From IMG/VR virus record IMGVR_UViG_3300032267_001484: a stretch of DNA of 64,000 nucleotides. One strand, written 5' to 3'. A program made the position numbers and the translations under genes. The first letter of the stretch is position 1, and each line of letters starts with the position of its first letter. Source of the DNA: a virus. Shown here piece after piece: positions 8,587 through 19,491 of this stretch. The notes beneath the pieces were generated by a model. It had not been told where the DNA came from. It worked only from the letters and a program-made list of their open reading frames with translations, and ran no database searches.

Positions 8587-9891
8587 TTATATCCTTTCTA
8601 AGCCGTGATATGATTTGCCTTGCTTTATACTTACAGGATATTCTAGGATTTTGGTTAGGTCGGATATTATATTACCGTCTTCTTTACTATAGTCGAATAA
8701 AAATGCATCATATGTGTATAATACTAATTTGGTTTTTTTATTTTCTAAATATAAATAGTCTAATACTGATCTGAGTAACTGTACATTAGTTGATGTTTCA
8801 TAACTTTGAACGATATAATTAAACAATTTATTGCGAGCAACATTTTCATTACCACGTATAAATATCTTATTAGCAGTTGTATATGAGTTGCCATATTGAT
8901 AGGTATCCCATATATTATCAATAAACATATTTACTTGTTTGAAGAATGGTTTATCTTGATATTCATTCCAAACACCACCATATAACTGTTTAAATGTTAA
9001 TTCTTTAGCTTCTTGTTTAGATACACCTAATATTTCACCAAGATATTCATATGTGTTTTTATCTTTAGGAAACTCAAAATCAACCATTTCACCAATCAGT
9101 CGTGGATGATATCCTTGAAAATCGATTTCAATGAATGCATCATTCTCTGGTTTGTAGCATGTACGCTCGCCATTATCTTTATTTAATGCTGCAAAGTTGA
9201 TATTATTAAATGTATTAGATGGGCGCGAAGTGGTTGTGTATAAATTATATTGAGTATATATTCTGCCCTTACTAATATTAAATTCGGGATGGTCAATCTT
9301 ATCTTTATAGTGTTCTATAAAGCAGTTTTTATCTAATTTAATGCCGTTTTTTTCAATTTCATGAAATATCTCTGTGGTGTTATTATTTTGAAATTCAAAC
9401 TGTAGAGTAATGGGATTATTTTTAATTACAGGCAATGTGGCTTCAAATATTTTTTCACATTCCTCAAAATGTTTACTAATTGGAATTAGGCAACTTATAT
9501 TAGGTAAATTCCTATGATGCATATAATAAAAATCAAGACACGGAGAATCAGATAATGCATCAGTTAAATCAACAAACTCAAGTAAGTGAGCATCAAACAA
9601 TTTATGTCTGATAGGATAAATCCAATGCATAGCTGCTTTTTTATCTAACAACCATAATCTACCGTTATTAGATAACCATTTTACAACATCAATTTGATTT
9701 AACTTAAATGCTTCGTTGTGATCAATACACAGCATGTATCCTTTTCTTCCATCAAGTGGTCTAATATAGACTAGACTTAGTTGGGTGAGCGAAGGATGGA
9801 AATTACTGTTACATGGAATAAGATGAATGAAGCAATCTTCAAACGGACCTAATTTATCTAATTGGTCTTTACGTTCAATAATATAAAACAT
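8587..9891 (-). CDS. polA: Short family A DNA polymerase (no 5'-3' exonuclease domain)
   Basis: IEKNGI, TTTSRPSN, motif A EIDFQGYHPRL, motif B KQEAKELTFKQLYG, NYIVQS, motif C LYTYDAFLFD. Confidence 0.8.
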   Translation of the reverse strand: MFYIIERKDQLDKLGPFEDCFIHLIPCNSNFHPSLTQLSLVYIRPLDGRKGYMLCIDHNEAFKLNQIDVVKWLSNNGRLWLLDKKAAMHWIYPIRHKLFDAHLLEFVDLTDALSDSPCLDFYYMHHRNLPNISCLIPISKHFEECEKIFEATLPVIKNNPITLQFEFQNNNTTEIFHEIEKNGIKLDKNCFIEHYKDKIDHPEFNISKGRIYTQYNLYTTTSRPSNTFNNINFAALNKDNGERTCYKPENDAFIEIDFQGYHPRLIGEMVDFEFPKDKNTYEYLGEILGVSKQEAKELTFKQLYGGVWNEYQDKPFFKQVNMFIDNIWDTYQYGNSYTTANKIFIRGNENVARNKLFNYIVQSYETSTNVQLLRSVLDYLYLENKKTKLVLYTYDAFLFDYSKEDGNIISDLTKILEYPVSIKQGKSYHGLERI

Positions 9892-9945
9892 ATTTCATAA
9901 CCTTTAAGCCTAAATATAATAAGAAAATTTAGCCTAATAAAATCT

Positions 9946-10455
9946 TTAATCTGGAGGGAGTTCTGATAATATGAAGGTTTTTATTCCTGGCATTTGCTTT
10001 TCAGCATCGTCTAAAGTTTTCTGGTTTGCAAAGTAACCACCTTCAGGAAAGTCTATACTTATAGTTTGATAAATAGGATTATTTTGTAATTCACTAAATG
10101 TATCTTTATTAATTTCTCTTATTAGTATAGGATTGTTATTAATTTTTTTAGTAAAATATCTTGTTTTAGCGTAAATATCTCCTTTACTGATGACTGAAGG
10201 GAAAGAGATATTATTTATTTTAGTATTAGATAATTTCCCAAATATATAAGTTGCTGCTCTTGTTAGTAAAGTATTAGTTTTATTAGTTTCTATCCTTATT
10301 AATTCAGAAGAATTTGTTTTAAATATTTTCCCAGCAAAAAATTTACCGTTTATTTCATAATAATATCCTTGATATTCTTTATATGAAATAGCATACATAT
10401 ACTCTTTACCTATAGTATATTTATTTTCTTTTATTATATTAGAAGGTACTCTCAT
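9946..10455 (-). CDS. Hypothetical protein, last gene of the baseplate block
   Basis: 169-aa ORF directly downstream of the tail lysin. Confidence 0.65.
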   Translation of the reverse strand: MRVPSNIIKENKYTIGKEYMYAISYKEYQGYYYEINGKFFAGKIFKTNSSELIRIETNKTNTLLTRAATYIFGKLSNTKINNISFPSVISKGDIYAKTRYFTKKINNNPILIREINKDTFSELQNNPIYQTISIDFPEGGYFANQKTLDDAEKQMPGIKTFILSELPPD

Positions 10456-10458
10456 ATT

Positions 10459-13400
10459 TTAAAAAGGTGCGTCTGCTACTTGAAAGTGCATCCAGTCATA
10501 ATTTAATTCTCTTCCAAAACTTTTCCACCCATGCTTATACCAAATATTAATAAAAGGTATATATTCTGGTTTTGAGAATAGGGCGCTTCCTGTTTTTTGT
10601 TTATAAGCATTTTCAGAAGCGCATAAATCTATTGCTATTCCCCAAGAGTGGATTGATGGTTCCCCAGGACAACATCTTTTATCTCTAGCATTATATAATC
10701 CTGAGTATCGGTTTAGCCTTAATGTTTTGATTTTTTCTAGGCCATAAGTTGCCAATATTTCTTTAAATATTTGTTCTAGACTATCTTTAGCTAATCTATG
10801 GACTTTGATAGAATTAATTGGAGCTGTTCCGTAATATAAAGTATATGGTAAATTGAGAGTAACTAATTGACTTGTATCTCCGGGTTCTCCATATTTGGCA
10901 ACTACAGCAGACTGGCTTGTTTTTGCTTTTATATTTGATTTTTTCTTTTCAGTTTCTTCAGGATTAGGAGTTGGTGTTGTTGATTTTTTATCTTCTTTTT
11001 TTATCAAATCACTATATTTTAATTCTTCTCCTGAGGGGTCATCTAATGGAATAGTTTGAGCATCTATGTTAGTAGTCCAATCATTATTAGAAACTGAGTG
11101 GCCTATGCCTGTTACTGTATATCCTAGTTTGGAGCCAAGTGTTTCTCCTTTATATCCTTTAGGCAGTAATTCTTCAGGTATTTTAAACATATGTCCTATA
11201 ACTAAACCACCTATGCCATCCATAGTAATAGACAATTTAGTAGGAATAATAGATCTATTTTTTACATCAGATTTAGTTAGGTTTTTATAGAAATTAATCA
11301 AATCTTTTAAAGCATTTTTATAACTATCTGCTTTATCTGTATTATAATCTGAGTCTTCTACAAAACTCCACCAGGTGTTAAGTCTTTCAAAAAACCCATA
11401 GAATATATCTAAAATTGAGGCTAAATTTGATAATTGTTCAGTAGTATTATTAGTTTTATTTGGGTTGGTTAAAGGATCTATTTTTTTAGGTATAATTCTA
11501 TCTTCTAATCCTTTATTAAAATCCAACATTGTATTATTATCAGTAGCCATAGCACCTCCTCCTACTTGAGCCCCAATAGCTATTATAGAAGATTGGTCTG
11601 GGAATATTTGGGATTCTAATTTATAAGACCTAACTGTAGATTTAGTATTATGCATCTCTAATTGGAAGAGATTTTTAAATACATCTTTTCTTGATTGGGT
11701 ATCTACATAATTAATGTCTACCATCCTTATAACACTATCAATAGGATCAACATGCAAATCAAAATTATTTACACGACCAATAGCGGATGATATTTCAGAT
11801 AATATTCTTTTTAAGAAATCATATAAGTTTATATCATTTTTCTCTTTTGTATCTGTAGATTGTAAATTATTATCTAAAGATAATCTATATAAAAAATTTA
11901 CATTAACATATATATTTCCTATGATTCCTATTTCTGTAGTAGGATCATTTTTGTAAAAATATGGATTTAATTTTTTTAAATAGGAAGAACTACTAGCTTC
12001 TTTAATGGTTTTTTCTTGTTGTTTTACTGCTTCTTTCTTTTTTTCCTCTAATTTTTCTTTTTCTACTATTGATGGATCTTTTCTTAAAAAATCAACATTA
12101 TTTTTTCCTACAGCTCGCTCTATTTCCCCAGAAGTAAGACCTTTATCTAAATAACCATATAAATTTTTTCCTCCTCTTGCATGCCATATACGAGATAATT
12201 CTTTTACTTCGTTTGCATCCCCATTTAATTTAGATGATAATTCTTTTATTAATGCTTCTTCATCTGTAAAAGTAGCTTCTATTTCTTTTTTTATATATTC
12301 AATTAATTTATTATATACAGAAACGTTTGTGTTAGTGTAACGTACTACATTTGTATCTGCGGGGGAATTTAGTTCTTTTACTACATCTGGGGAAGGTATT
12401 GTCCCATCAGCCCAAGTAGGGCTATTAATAAGACAAACAGAAGGATCCATGGATATTTGTAAAGGATGACCTAAACACAATAAATATCCTCCTTCTCCTG
12501 TATTAGGGTCGGGGGTGTTAGGGCTAGATTTATCATATTCTCTATCAAATACAGAACAAGTTACATAAGCTGAGTTGCTGTTGGAATCTTTAAATATGAC
12601 ATAGTTATTAATTAGGCTGCTTAGACTTTCTAATGTAATATAAACTTGTACATCACTTGCTCCTACATCTCCTTCACTATTTGATTCCCCTACTCCCCCA
12701 TGTATATTGATTTTTTTTCTAAAAGCATGATATTTAGTATTTTTTCCTTTATCCTCAATATCAAAAGCAGTTTCATCACCTTTTTCTTTTCCTAAATACC
12801 ACAATTCATAAAATAAACCAGCTAAAATATTTTTAGAATATTGGTCTTTTAAATCATCTTCATCAGCACCGGACTGTAGTAACCCTCCATTACCTATTAC
12901 TTGATCTATATTGTTAAGAGGAGAATAATTTACTTTTAAAGATTCCATTATTTCCCCTACTGAGATAATTGTGGTAGTACAATCATATCCTCCATCTTCT
13001 CTAGCAGCCCAGCTATAATTTTTTACATATCCAAATAAAGCATCATAATTACCGTTGTATTTTTTAACAGCAGTATCGTATAAGTCTTTAAATATTTGTT
13101 CTTTTGTTGGAGTTTTATTTATTATATCGTAAAAATCAACAAATGTTTTTAATTTTTCATCATTTCCTAAATAAGGTGCCCATCCCCATTCAACTAATAC
13201 TGTGTATCCGGGGCGCATATAGAGAAGCTCTAAATCTTCAAGTTGCTTAATATCCCAGGCATTAAAATTAACTGTTACTTCTTTTAAAGAACCATATGCT
13301 GATTTGGATTTAACCTCAATATTAGTAATACCAGGCATAGGGCGCATACCCAATCTATTGTATTTATTTCCAGGAGAAAGTAAACTATATGCTTGTCCTT

Positions 13401-13653
13401 CAACCCCTACTCCTGAGCGTACTGTGTTATTGGGGTATAATGTTCCTCCTTGTAAGATATATTGGGAAGCTAAGGTATTTGTTGGTTCTTGGTCAGGTCC
13501 TTCTTTAACATTAACAGCAGAACTCATTCTAACCCAAGCATTGCGAGCATTAAAATATTGAATTGCATCAGGAGTGCGTTCAAATATAGCTTTTTGCCTT
13601 GCTTCTAATTGCCTTGCTATCTCAGGTTTGAATGTATCTTTAAATATTGACAT
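10459..13653 (-). CDS. Baseplate hub / tail-associated lysin with C-terminal M15-family Zn peptidase
   Basis: N-terminal hub-like region (RPMPGIT, LYMRPGYTVLVEWGW, LSITMDGIGG); C-terminal SIHSWGIAID (SxHxxGxAxD) and DWMHFQ. Confidence 0.78.
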   Translation of the reverse strand: MSIFKDTFKPEIARQLEARQKAIFERTPDAIQYFNARNAWVRMSSAVNVKEGPDQEPTNTLASQYILQGGTLYPNNTVRSGVGVEGQAYSLLSPGNKYNRLGMRPMPGITNIEVKSKSAYGSLKEVTVNFNAWDIKQLEDLELLYMRPGYTVLVEWGWAPYLGNDEKLKTFVDFYDIINKTPTKEQIFKDLYDTAVKKYNGNYDALFGYVKNYSWAAREDGGYDCTTTIISVGEIMESLKVNYSPLNNIDQVIGNGGLLQSGADEDDLKDQYSKNILAGLFYELWYLGKEKGDETAFDIEDKGKNTKYHAFRKKINIHGGVGESNSEGDVGASDVQVYITLESLSSLINNYVIFKDSNSNSAYVTCSVFDREYDKSSPNTPDPNTGEGGYLLCLGHPLQISMDPSVCLINSPTWADGTIPSPDVVKELNSPADTNVVRYTNTNVSVYNKLIEYIKKEIEATFTDEEALIKELSSKLNGDANEVKELSRIWHARGGKNLYGYLDKGLTSGEIERAVGKNNVDFLRKDPSIVEKEKLEEKKKEAVKQQEKTIKEASSSSYLKKLNPYFYKNDPTTEIGIIGNIYVNVNFLYRLSLDNNLQSTDTKEKNDINLYDFLKRILSEISSAIGRVNNFDLHVDPIDSVIRMVDINYVDTQSRKDVFKNLFQLEMHNTKSTVRSYKLESQIFPDQSSIIAIGAQVGGGAMATDNNTMLDFNKGLEDRIIPKKIDPLTNPNKTNNTTEQLSNLASILDIFYGFFERLNTWWSFVEDSDYNTDKADSYKNALKDLINFYKNLTKSDVKNRSIIPTKLSITMDGIGGLVIGHMFKIPEELLPKGYKGETLGSKLGYTVTGIGHSVSNNDWTTNIDAQTIPLDDPSGEELKYSDLIKKEDKKSTTPTPNPEETEKKKSNIKAKTSQSAVVAKYGEPGDTSQLVTLNLPYTLYYGTAPINSIKVHRLAKDSLEQIFKEILATYGLEKIKTLRLNRYSGLYNARDKRCCPGEPSIHSWGIAIDLCASENAYKQKTGSALFSKPEYIPFINIWYKHGWKSFGRELNYDWMHFQVADAPF

Positions 13654-13658
13654 AACAT

Positions 13659-13961
13659 TTATCTTGCTTTATTGAATTGATCAAATAATTTCAAAACAGT
13701 TCCTAAATCAGTTGGTATTCTTAATTGAGTACCAGGTGTTGGGTATAATGCTCCTTTAGTAGCATTATTATTAGCCATTGATATTACCCACCATAAAGTA
13801 GCATCTTGATAATAACTATATGCTAATGAATCTAATCTGTCACCTACAGTAGTAATAACATATACATCACTTTCTGATAAAGGTATATTCGGATAGAATT
13901 TACTTTTATAGTAAGGTCTATAGTTTCTTGTTAATATAGGAGTATTATCGTATCGATTCAT
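13659..13961 (-). CDS. LysM-like baseplate wedge protein (gp53/tail X-like)
   Basis: GDRLDSLAYSYYQDATLWWVISMAN...GTQLRIP. Confidence 0.8.
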   Translation of the reverse strand: MNRYDNTPILTRNYRPYYKSKFYPNIPLSESDVYVITTVGDRLDSLAYSYYQDATLWWVISMANNNATKGALYPTPGTQLRIPTDLGTVLKLFDQFNKAR

Positions 13962-16267
13962 TATTGACGACTATTTTTATTGAAAAAATCTCTAAGTGCT
14001 TGATCCTGTTCTTTAGTAAATGGTTTAGCACCACCTTTTTTCTTTTCTAAAGCATCTGCTCTCATTTTAACTTTATCCCTATCAGTAGCCGCAGTATATG
14101 ATGTATCTTTTCTATCCGGTGGTATATCATTTATAGTTTTTACCACTGGTTTTGGATCAGGTTGTTTTGGTTTTGGTGGTAGCTCTGGTTTGGGGTCAGG
14201 TTGTGGTGGAACTGGATCTGGTGTTTTGGTTCTAAATCCACAATCGTAGTGTTGAGGTAAGAAATTATGAATTAGAGTAAACCCAAATGTTACTTTTATA
14301 TAGAATGCTATACCTTCATCTAAGTCCCAAGATGAATCTTGTATAGGAGTAAAAGTTAAGTTATTTATAATTCCTGGTTGGTAGTCAACATAGCCTCCTA
14401 TTTTTAGTTTGGTTATAATTCCACCTAATAATAGATTATTTTGGTATTTTCCAGCTAAAGTAGAAGCTAGTTCACTTAAAGTGCAATGTTTGCTTATTAA
14501 TTCTTCTTTATTAAAACAAGGAATATTAAATCCTACATTTAATGAACGTTTGAAACTATTAAATATATAAAAATTTTCTGCTCTACCTACATATTTTACA
14601 TCACTCCATCCACTATCATATGCTTCAGAATAATCTGTTAAATAACCTAAAAATTTTAATTCTTTTAAAGAAAGACCAGTAAATGGATCTAATGGATTAA
14701 ATATTAAAGCCAACTTATCTTCACTAACAGCAGTATCATTAGTTCTCTCAAATTTATTTTCTAATTCAGCTTTTACATAATTAAAATCTTTATCACTTCT
14801 ATTTACATTAACTGTTACTACACTTTTACTAGTATCTTTAGATGAATTGTAATTAGGAAAAAGTTGTACTTTATTTTGATTAGTATTTCTACTTAATGCT
14901 GTAAGGCCATCATAAGATGAAGTCATTTCATTTACCCTAACAGGATTAGGTAAATTATAATCATCTACTGGATTAATGATTTCAAGCAGATCAGAAGCGT
15001 TACCTGAAGGGCTAATTCCTGGTTTGTCTGTATATAATTTATATTTATTGTTTCTTTTATCAACTGTTTCTTTTATTCTACTGTATATAGCTTGGGGGCT
15101 ATTATCTGTGGGAGAATATTTGACAGCTGTTTTAAGAGGATGATTAACTAATTTTAATAGTTCTGGGGATAATTTTGATATTTCTAGATCAGCCTCTTTA
15201 TTTACCTTTTTAGGTCCAGTTGATGGAGTCCATGTAACTTTTCCAGAATAAGTTTCTGCTTTAGTAATTTCATTTGTTCCATTACTAGGAGAAGATATAG
15301 AACCATAAGAAACAGCTGATGTAAAAGTAGAGGTAGAATAAAGAGAGGCTTCTCTAAACCCACCATTACGAACTTTTTCATCAATTGTGGGGATATGTTG
15401 TTCGTTATATTTTTTATTTTTGGCAGCCTCTATTCTAAGGTTATCATTGGTGTGTTCTGGTATTCTTTTAATTAGGGTTCTTCCTATTCCATAGACTGAA
15501 TTAGGACCTCCTATATAGTCAGCAATTCTGCTACTTTGAATATCATTATAAACAGAGTTAGCAAAAGGTATTCCACCTTCAAAGGTAGCGGCAATAACAC
15601 TTAAAGTTTTTTGTTCTTTTTTTCTTAATTTAATATTACCTTTATAAAGATCATAATTAATACCTAAACCAAATCTATTTCTTAAACCTTCTAATTTATT
15701 ATTAGGAGCTCCTTCTCCTTCATTATTATTTTGAGCAACTGCTAAGTACTTAGTTTGATCATCTTGAACAGGTAATAAACCATGTCTGTTGAAATGTTGA
15801 CCAAAAGCATTAACAGGTACTTGTGCTAATGTATTAATTCCTAAATTATAAATACGAGTAGGACCTACAGCATTTACTATTTTATTTGCTGTGTTTAGAA
15901 TAAAATTGCCTACATTTCGCAATAATCCATTACCCCTAGTAGGTGAATCTGTTTTAAGTTTTTTAGTTTCTAATTGGGGATTAGATAGTTGTAACCCTAC
16001 TTGTTTAACAATAAACAATGGACCTTTTGGGAAATCCTTAAGAAATTTCCCTATACGAAGTGTATCAACAATTGAAGCATTAGCAGCACCTACAGCACCC
16101 CCTCTAACTAACCCATCATCAAATTTGGTTAATCTAAATTGGTTAAAACCACTATCAACTTTATTTATATCTACTTGTTGATAAGGTTGTCCGCTATTAC
16201 CTCCACCAGGTTGATCTTGTCCGTACTTAAGTGATTTTAAGTTTGTTTTTAGATCTAGTAGGGCCAT
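13961..16267 (-). CDS. Putative baseplate / tail tube initiator protein
   Basis: Lies after the tape measure; C-terminal WSDVKYVGRAENFYIFNSFKRSL...PGIINNL..T....SW resembles tube-fold initiator domains; Pro-rich tail. Confidence 0.55.
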   Translation of the reverse strand: MALLDLKTNLKSLKYGQDQPGGGNSGQPYQQVDINKVDSGFNQFRLTKFDDGLVRGGAVGAANASIVDTLRIGKFLKDFPKGPLFIVKQVGLQLSNPQLETKKLKTDSPTRGNGLLRNVGNFILNTANKIVNAVGPTRIYNLGINTLAQVPVNAFGQHFNRHGLLPVQDDQTKYLAVAQNNNEGEGAPNNKLEGLRNRFGLGINYDLYKGNIKLRKKEQKTLSVIAATFEGGIPFANSVYNDIQSSRIADYIGGPNSVYGIGRTLIKRIPEHTNDNLRIEAAKNKKYNEQHIPTIDEKVRNGGFREASLYSTSTFTSAVSYGSISSPSNGTNEITKAETYSGKVTWTPSTGPKKVNKEADLEISKLSPELLKLVNHPLKTAVKYSPTDNSPQAIYSRIKETVDKRNNKYKLYTDKPGISPSGNASDLLEIINPVDDYNLPNPVRVNEMTSSYDGLTALSRNTNQNKVQLFPNYNSSKDTSKSVVTVNVNRSDKDFNYVKAELENKFERTNDTAVSEDKLALIFNPLDPFTGLSLKELKFLGYLTDYSEAYDSGWSDVKYVGRAENFYIFNSFKRSLNVGFNIPCFNKEELISKHCTLSELASTLAGKYQNNLLLGGIITKLKIGGYVDYQPGIINNLTFTPIQDSSWDLDEGIAFYIKVTFGFTLIHNFLPQHYDCGFRTKTPDPVPPQPDPKPELPPKPKQPDPKPVVKTINDIPPDRKDTSYTAATDRDKVKMRADALEKKKGGAKPFTKEQDQALRDFFNKNSRQ

Positions 16268-16277
16268 TTATATTATA

Positions 16278-16574
16278 TTAATAACGTCCTCCGTCAGGTC
16301 CTAAATCCTTATATTGACGTCCTGTTTTAGATTTATATACTTGTGATACAACTCCAACTGGACTTAGGTTTGGGGCTTGAGGGTCTAACTCATCCATTCT
16401 AGATGGTCTAGGAATAATTCCTGCATTTCCATTGCTTGATATCCATCTTACGTTTGGAGTACCATCAATTGAATAAACATTGTGAAGAGCAGTTGCAGGG
16501 CTAACATCAAATGTTGCTGGTCTAATACCTTTTAAACCTAGAGGGCTGTTTGGTAATTTTTCTAATAATGCCAT
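16278..16574 (-). CDS. Hypothetical protein
   Basis: 98-aa ORF with its own ATATTTAT motif (16595-16602). Confidence 0.65.
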   Translation of the reverse strand: MALLEKLPNSPLGLKGIRPATFDVSPATALHNVYSIDGTPNVRWISSNGNAGIIPRPSRMDELDPQAPNLSPVGVVSQVYKSKTGRQYKDLGPDGGRY

Positions 16575-16608
16575 GGTTCTATTGTTTTATACGAATAAAT
16601 ATTTAAAA

Positions 16609-19437
16609 TTATCGTGGTTTGTATGAATTTTGTACTAATGTAGTGCCTACTTTTGTACCATCCATATTGATAGATGTATCTTTATTATATAACCTGTCAA
16701 TAGCTGTTTTAACTTCATTAATTGCTGTTACCATAGGGGTAAGATCTAATGATAGAGTTGCATTGCTAATTGCTGCTGCTATTAAGTTAGAATCTAATGC
16801 CGGAGCTGAGTTGATATTTGGAGAAACAGCTAATCCATCACCTTTTTTAGTGACAGCCATCTTTCCAAATTTATCTTCAATTTTAAAAGGTCCAGAATTT
16901 GAAAATGCAACTCCATCTTCTACTTCTTGTACTTCTTCATTTTCATTATCAGATAGTAATGATCCTAAACCTCCTATTAATCCACCAACACCTGCTCCAA
17001 TTGCTGTACCAATACCTGGGATTATGCTTCCTATCATTGCTCCTATTCCTGCTCCACTTAAAGCGCCACTACCTACTCCTAATGTTTTTGCTAAATTTTT
17101 ATTTCCAGCTTCTGCTGCTTTTTCAGCTCCATAATCTAAAGCCATACCTCCTAATATGCCACCAACAGAGGCTTTTCCTAAAAACCTACCAGCACCTTTA
17201 GCTATTCCTTTAATTCCAGGTTTAACCATTCTTGATAATGATTTACCAGCACCTTTTACTCCACCTCCTTGATAAGCTTGTTTTAATCTTCCAAAAATAC
17301 CACCTCTACTTTTAGTTACACTTCCTTCTTTTCCACCTAATAAATCTCCTAAACCACCACCCCCACCAGCAGCACTAATATCTCTTGTAACCATTGGGTT
17401 TAAAATAGTACCTTTAGTCATTGATTTGGCAACCAATGCTATTAAAGTACCAATTGTAGCTACAGAAGCAATTCCACCTAATAATCCTCCTAATCCAGGA
17501 ATACTTTTAATAAAAGACCCTATCTTACCAAAATAACCAAATATTTTGGCTACATAATTTAAACCATCAGATAATGAATCTACAAATGATCCAAGAGGCC
17601 CTGCTAATAAATTACCAACTATGCTTTGTAGTTTAAGCATAGCAGCGTTAAACTTATCTTGTATATTTTGTCTTTCAAGTGCTTTTATTCTTTCTTCTTC
17701 AGTAACTTGAGCTAATGATTTACCACTAGCTAAAGCTTCTTCTCTTTTCCTTAATGTATTTGCAAGTTCATCAGCTGTCATTCCAACAGCTTCAGCTAAT
17801 GCTTTCTGTTGTAATACATTCATTTTAGAAAAATCAGCTGCTGTACCTACATTTTTGGCTAACTCTTCAGCTAATGCTATTTGATCACCAGCCAAAGCAG
17901 CTGCTCTAGCTCTTTCTAAGTTAAGTTGTTTACCAGTTAATAACTCAGCTTTTAATTCATTTTCAATTGATGATTCAAAGTTAAGAAGAGACTCACCTGC
18001 TTTAGCAACCTGATCTAAAGTCATTCCAAATGCTTTAGCAGTAACAATAGCTTTAGCTATACGTTCTGGGTTGAATCCTAGATTGGCTGCTAGCTGTCCG
18101 GATACTTTTACTGCTTCTGCTAATGTGGCTTTAAAATTAATTCCAACTTTAAGTTGATTAGCAGTTGCATTTAATCCTTTAACAAAGGATTTATATGTTT
18201 GTTCTGAGGTTTTCCCATTTAAAACAGCAAAACGTTGTATTTGTGCTGCTTCATCTGCTTGTAACCCAACTTGTTTAGTTAATTTAATTTGAGTTTCAAG
18301 TTGATCAGCAGTAAATTCATATGAAAAACCTATTGCTTCAGATAGTTGTCCAAATGCTTCTACTAAATTAGCAGTATTAACATTTAAATTATTTGAAACA
18401 CTTTCTATTTGTACTAAACTCTCTCTAAAAGCATCTGCTCTTTCAGCTCCATATCCTAAAGATTTTCCTAATTCTACGGATTGAGCATTTGCATTTAATG
18501 CTGATTTAAAGAAGAAATTGGCAAGCTTTAACATTATTCCCAATTGAGTAACTGGGTCTTTGAGTGCTTCCCCTATTCCTTTAAATATGCCTTTAGTTGC
18601 TGTAGATACAACAGCCCATTTATCCCCAGACTTAGCAGCTTCTTTCATATCATCTTTGAGATCTTCAAAGAAACCACTACTAATTCCTAATTTACCTAGA
18701 GAACCTACAATTCCATCTATTATCTGCCCAGTAAATCCTAAAGTTTTTTGAATTTTCTTTTCAGTATTTAATCTTTCTTCAGTAAGTTGTTCTATTTTTC
18801 TAATACCATATTCTTCATCTTCTAATAAACCTTTTACTTCATTGTTTGCTTGAATTATTTTTCTTGCTAAACTTTCTTCTTTAGCTATTGAATTTATTAT
18901 TTCATCTATTCTTTTTTGTTGTTCTTTAGTAAGATTACCATTTTGTCTTTCTAAAGCAACATATCTATCATATTCCTCATTTAACTTTTGTTGAATTTCT
19001 AATGATGCTCTAAGTGATTCTTCATTTAATTCTAAAGCTTTAGTTAATTCAGTACGCTGAATATTGGTTTTTTTCTTAATAGTTTCCAGCTCTTTTTTAG
19101 ATAAGTCTGATATTCCATCTTGATCATATTTTAGTTTATTAGCTATTGATGATAATTTGGAATAAGAACTGGTTATATCTTTATTAAAGGATTTTTGTCC
19201 TTTTAATTCTGCTGTAACTCGTTTTAAAGATTCATAAAAGTAGTTAGTATCCGTGTCCAAACCATCCATTTCTTTTCTAATGGATTTTAAAGCAGATTCT
19301 GCTCCTCTAACCCCACCACCAAAACTAGCTATAGCTTGATCTACATCTTTAAAAAATTGTCCACCTAACGAAGCAACACGCTGGTTAAGGTCATCTATTT
19401 GTTTTCTAAGTTGTTCTAATTGTTCTTTTGGATCCAT
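16609..19437 (-). CDS. Tape measure protein
   Basis: 942 aa, helical Ala/Leu/Lys/Glu-rich, Gly-rich hydrophobic segments (GAGIGAMIGSIIPGIGTAIGAGVGG), directly after tube and chaperone. Confidence 0.85.
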   Translation of the reverse strand: MDPKEQLEQLRKQIDDLNQRVASLGGQFFKDVDQAIASFGGGVRGAESALKSIRKEMDGLDTDTNYFYESLKRVTAELKGQKSFNKDITSSYSKLSSIANKLKYDQDGISDLSKKELETIKKKTNIQRTELTKALELNEESLRASLEIQQKLNEEYDRYVALERQNGNLTKEQQKRIDEIINSIAKEESLARKIIQANNEVKGLLEDEEYGIRKIEQLTEERLNTEKKIQKTLGFTGQIIDGIVGSLGKLGISSGFFEDLKDDMKEAAKSGDKWAVVSTATKGIFKGIGEALKDPVTQLGIMLKLANFFFKSALNANAQSVELGKSLGYGAERADAFRESLVQIESVSNNLNVNTANLVEAFGQLSEAIGFSYEFTADQLETQIKLTKQVGLQADEAAQIQRFAVLNGKTSEQTYKSFVKGLNATANQLKVGINFKATLAEAVKVSGQLAANLGFNPERIAKAIVTAKAFGMTLDQVAKAGESLLNFESSIENELKAELLTGKQLNLERARAAALAGDQIALAEELAKNVGTAADFSKMNVLQQKALAEAVGMTADELANTLRKREEALASGKSLAQVTEEERIKALERQNIQDKFNAAMLKLQSIVGNLLAGPLGSFVDSLSDGLNYVAKIFGYFGKIGSFIKSIPGLGGLLGGIASVATIGTLIALVAKSMTKGTILNPMVTRDISAAGGGGGLGDLLGGKEGSVTKSRGGIFGRLKQAYQGGGVKGAGKSLSRMVKPGIKGIAKGAGRFLGKASVGGILGGMALDYGAEKAAEAGNKNLAKTLGVGSGALSGAGIGAMIGSIIPGIGTAIGAGVGGLIGGLGSLLSDNENEEVQEVEDGVAFSNSGPFKIEDKFGKMAVTKKGDGLAVSPNINSAPALDSNLIAAAISNATLSLDLTPMVTAINEVKTAIDRLYNKDTSINMDGTKVGTTLVQNSYKPR

Positions 19438-19463
19438 AAGTAAATAATACTACATATAAATAT

Positions 19464-19491
19464 TAAAGCGCCCTATTTCTTGGGCGCTTTA
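19464..19491 (-). terminator. Stem-loop at the end of the chaperone extension (possible terminator), followed by an ATATTTAT motif
   Basis: Perfect 10-bp inverted repeat TAAAGCGCCC / GGGCGCTTTA with 8-nt loop; weak U-tract. Confidence 0.5.
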
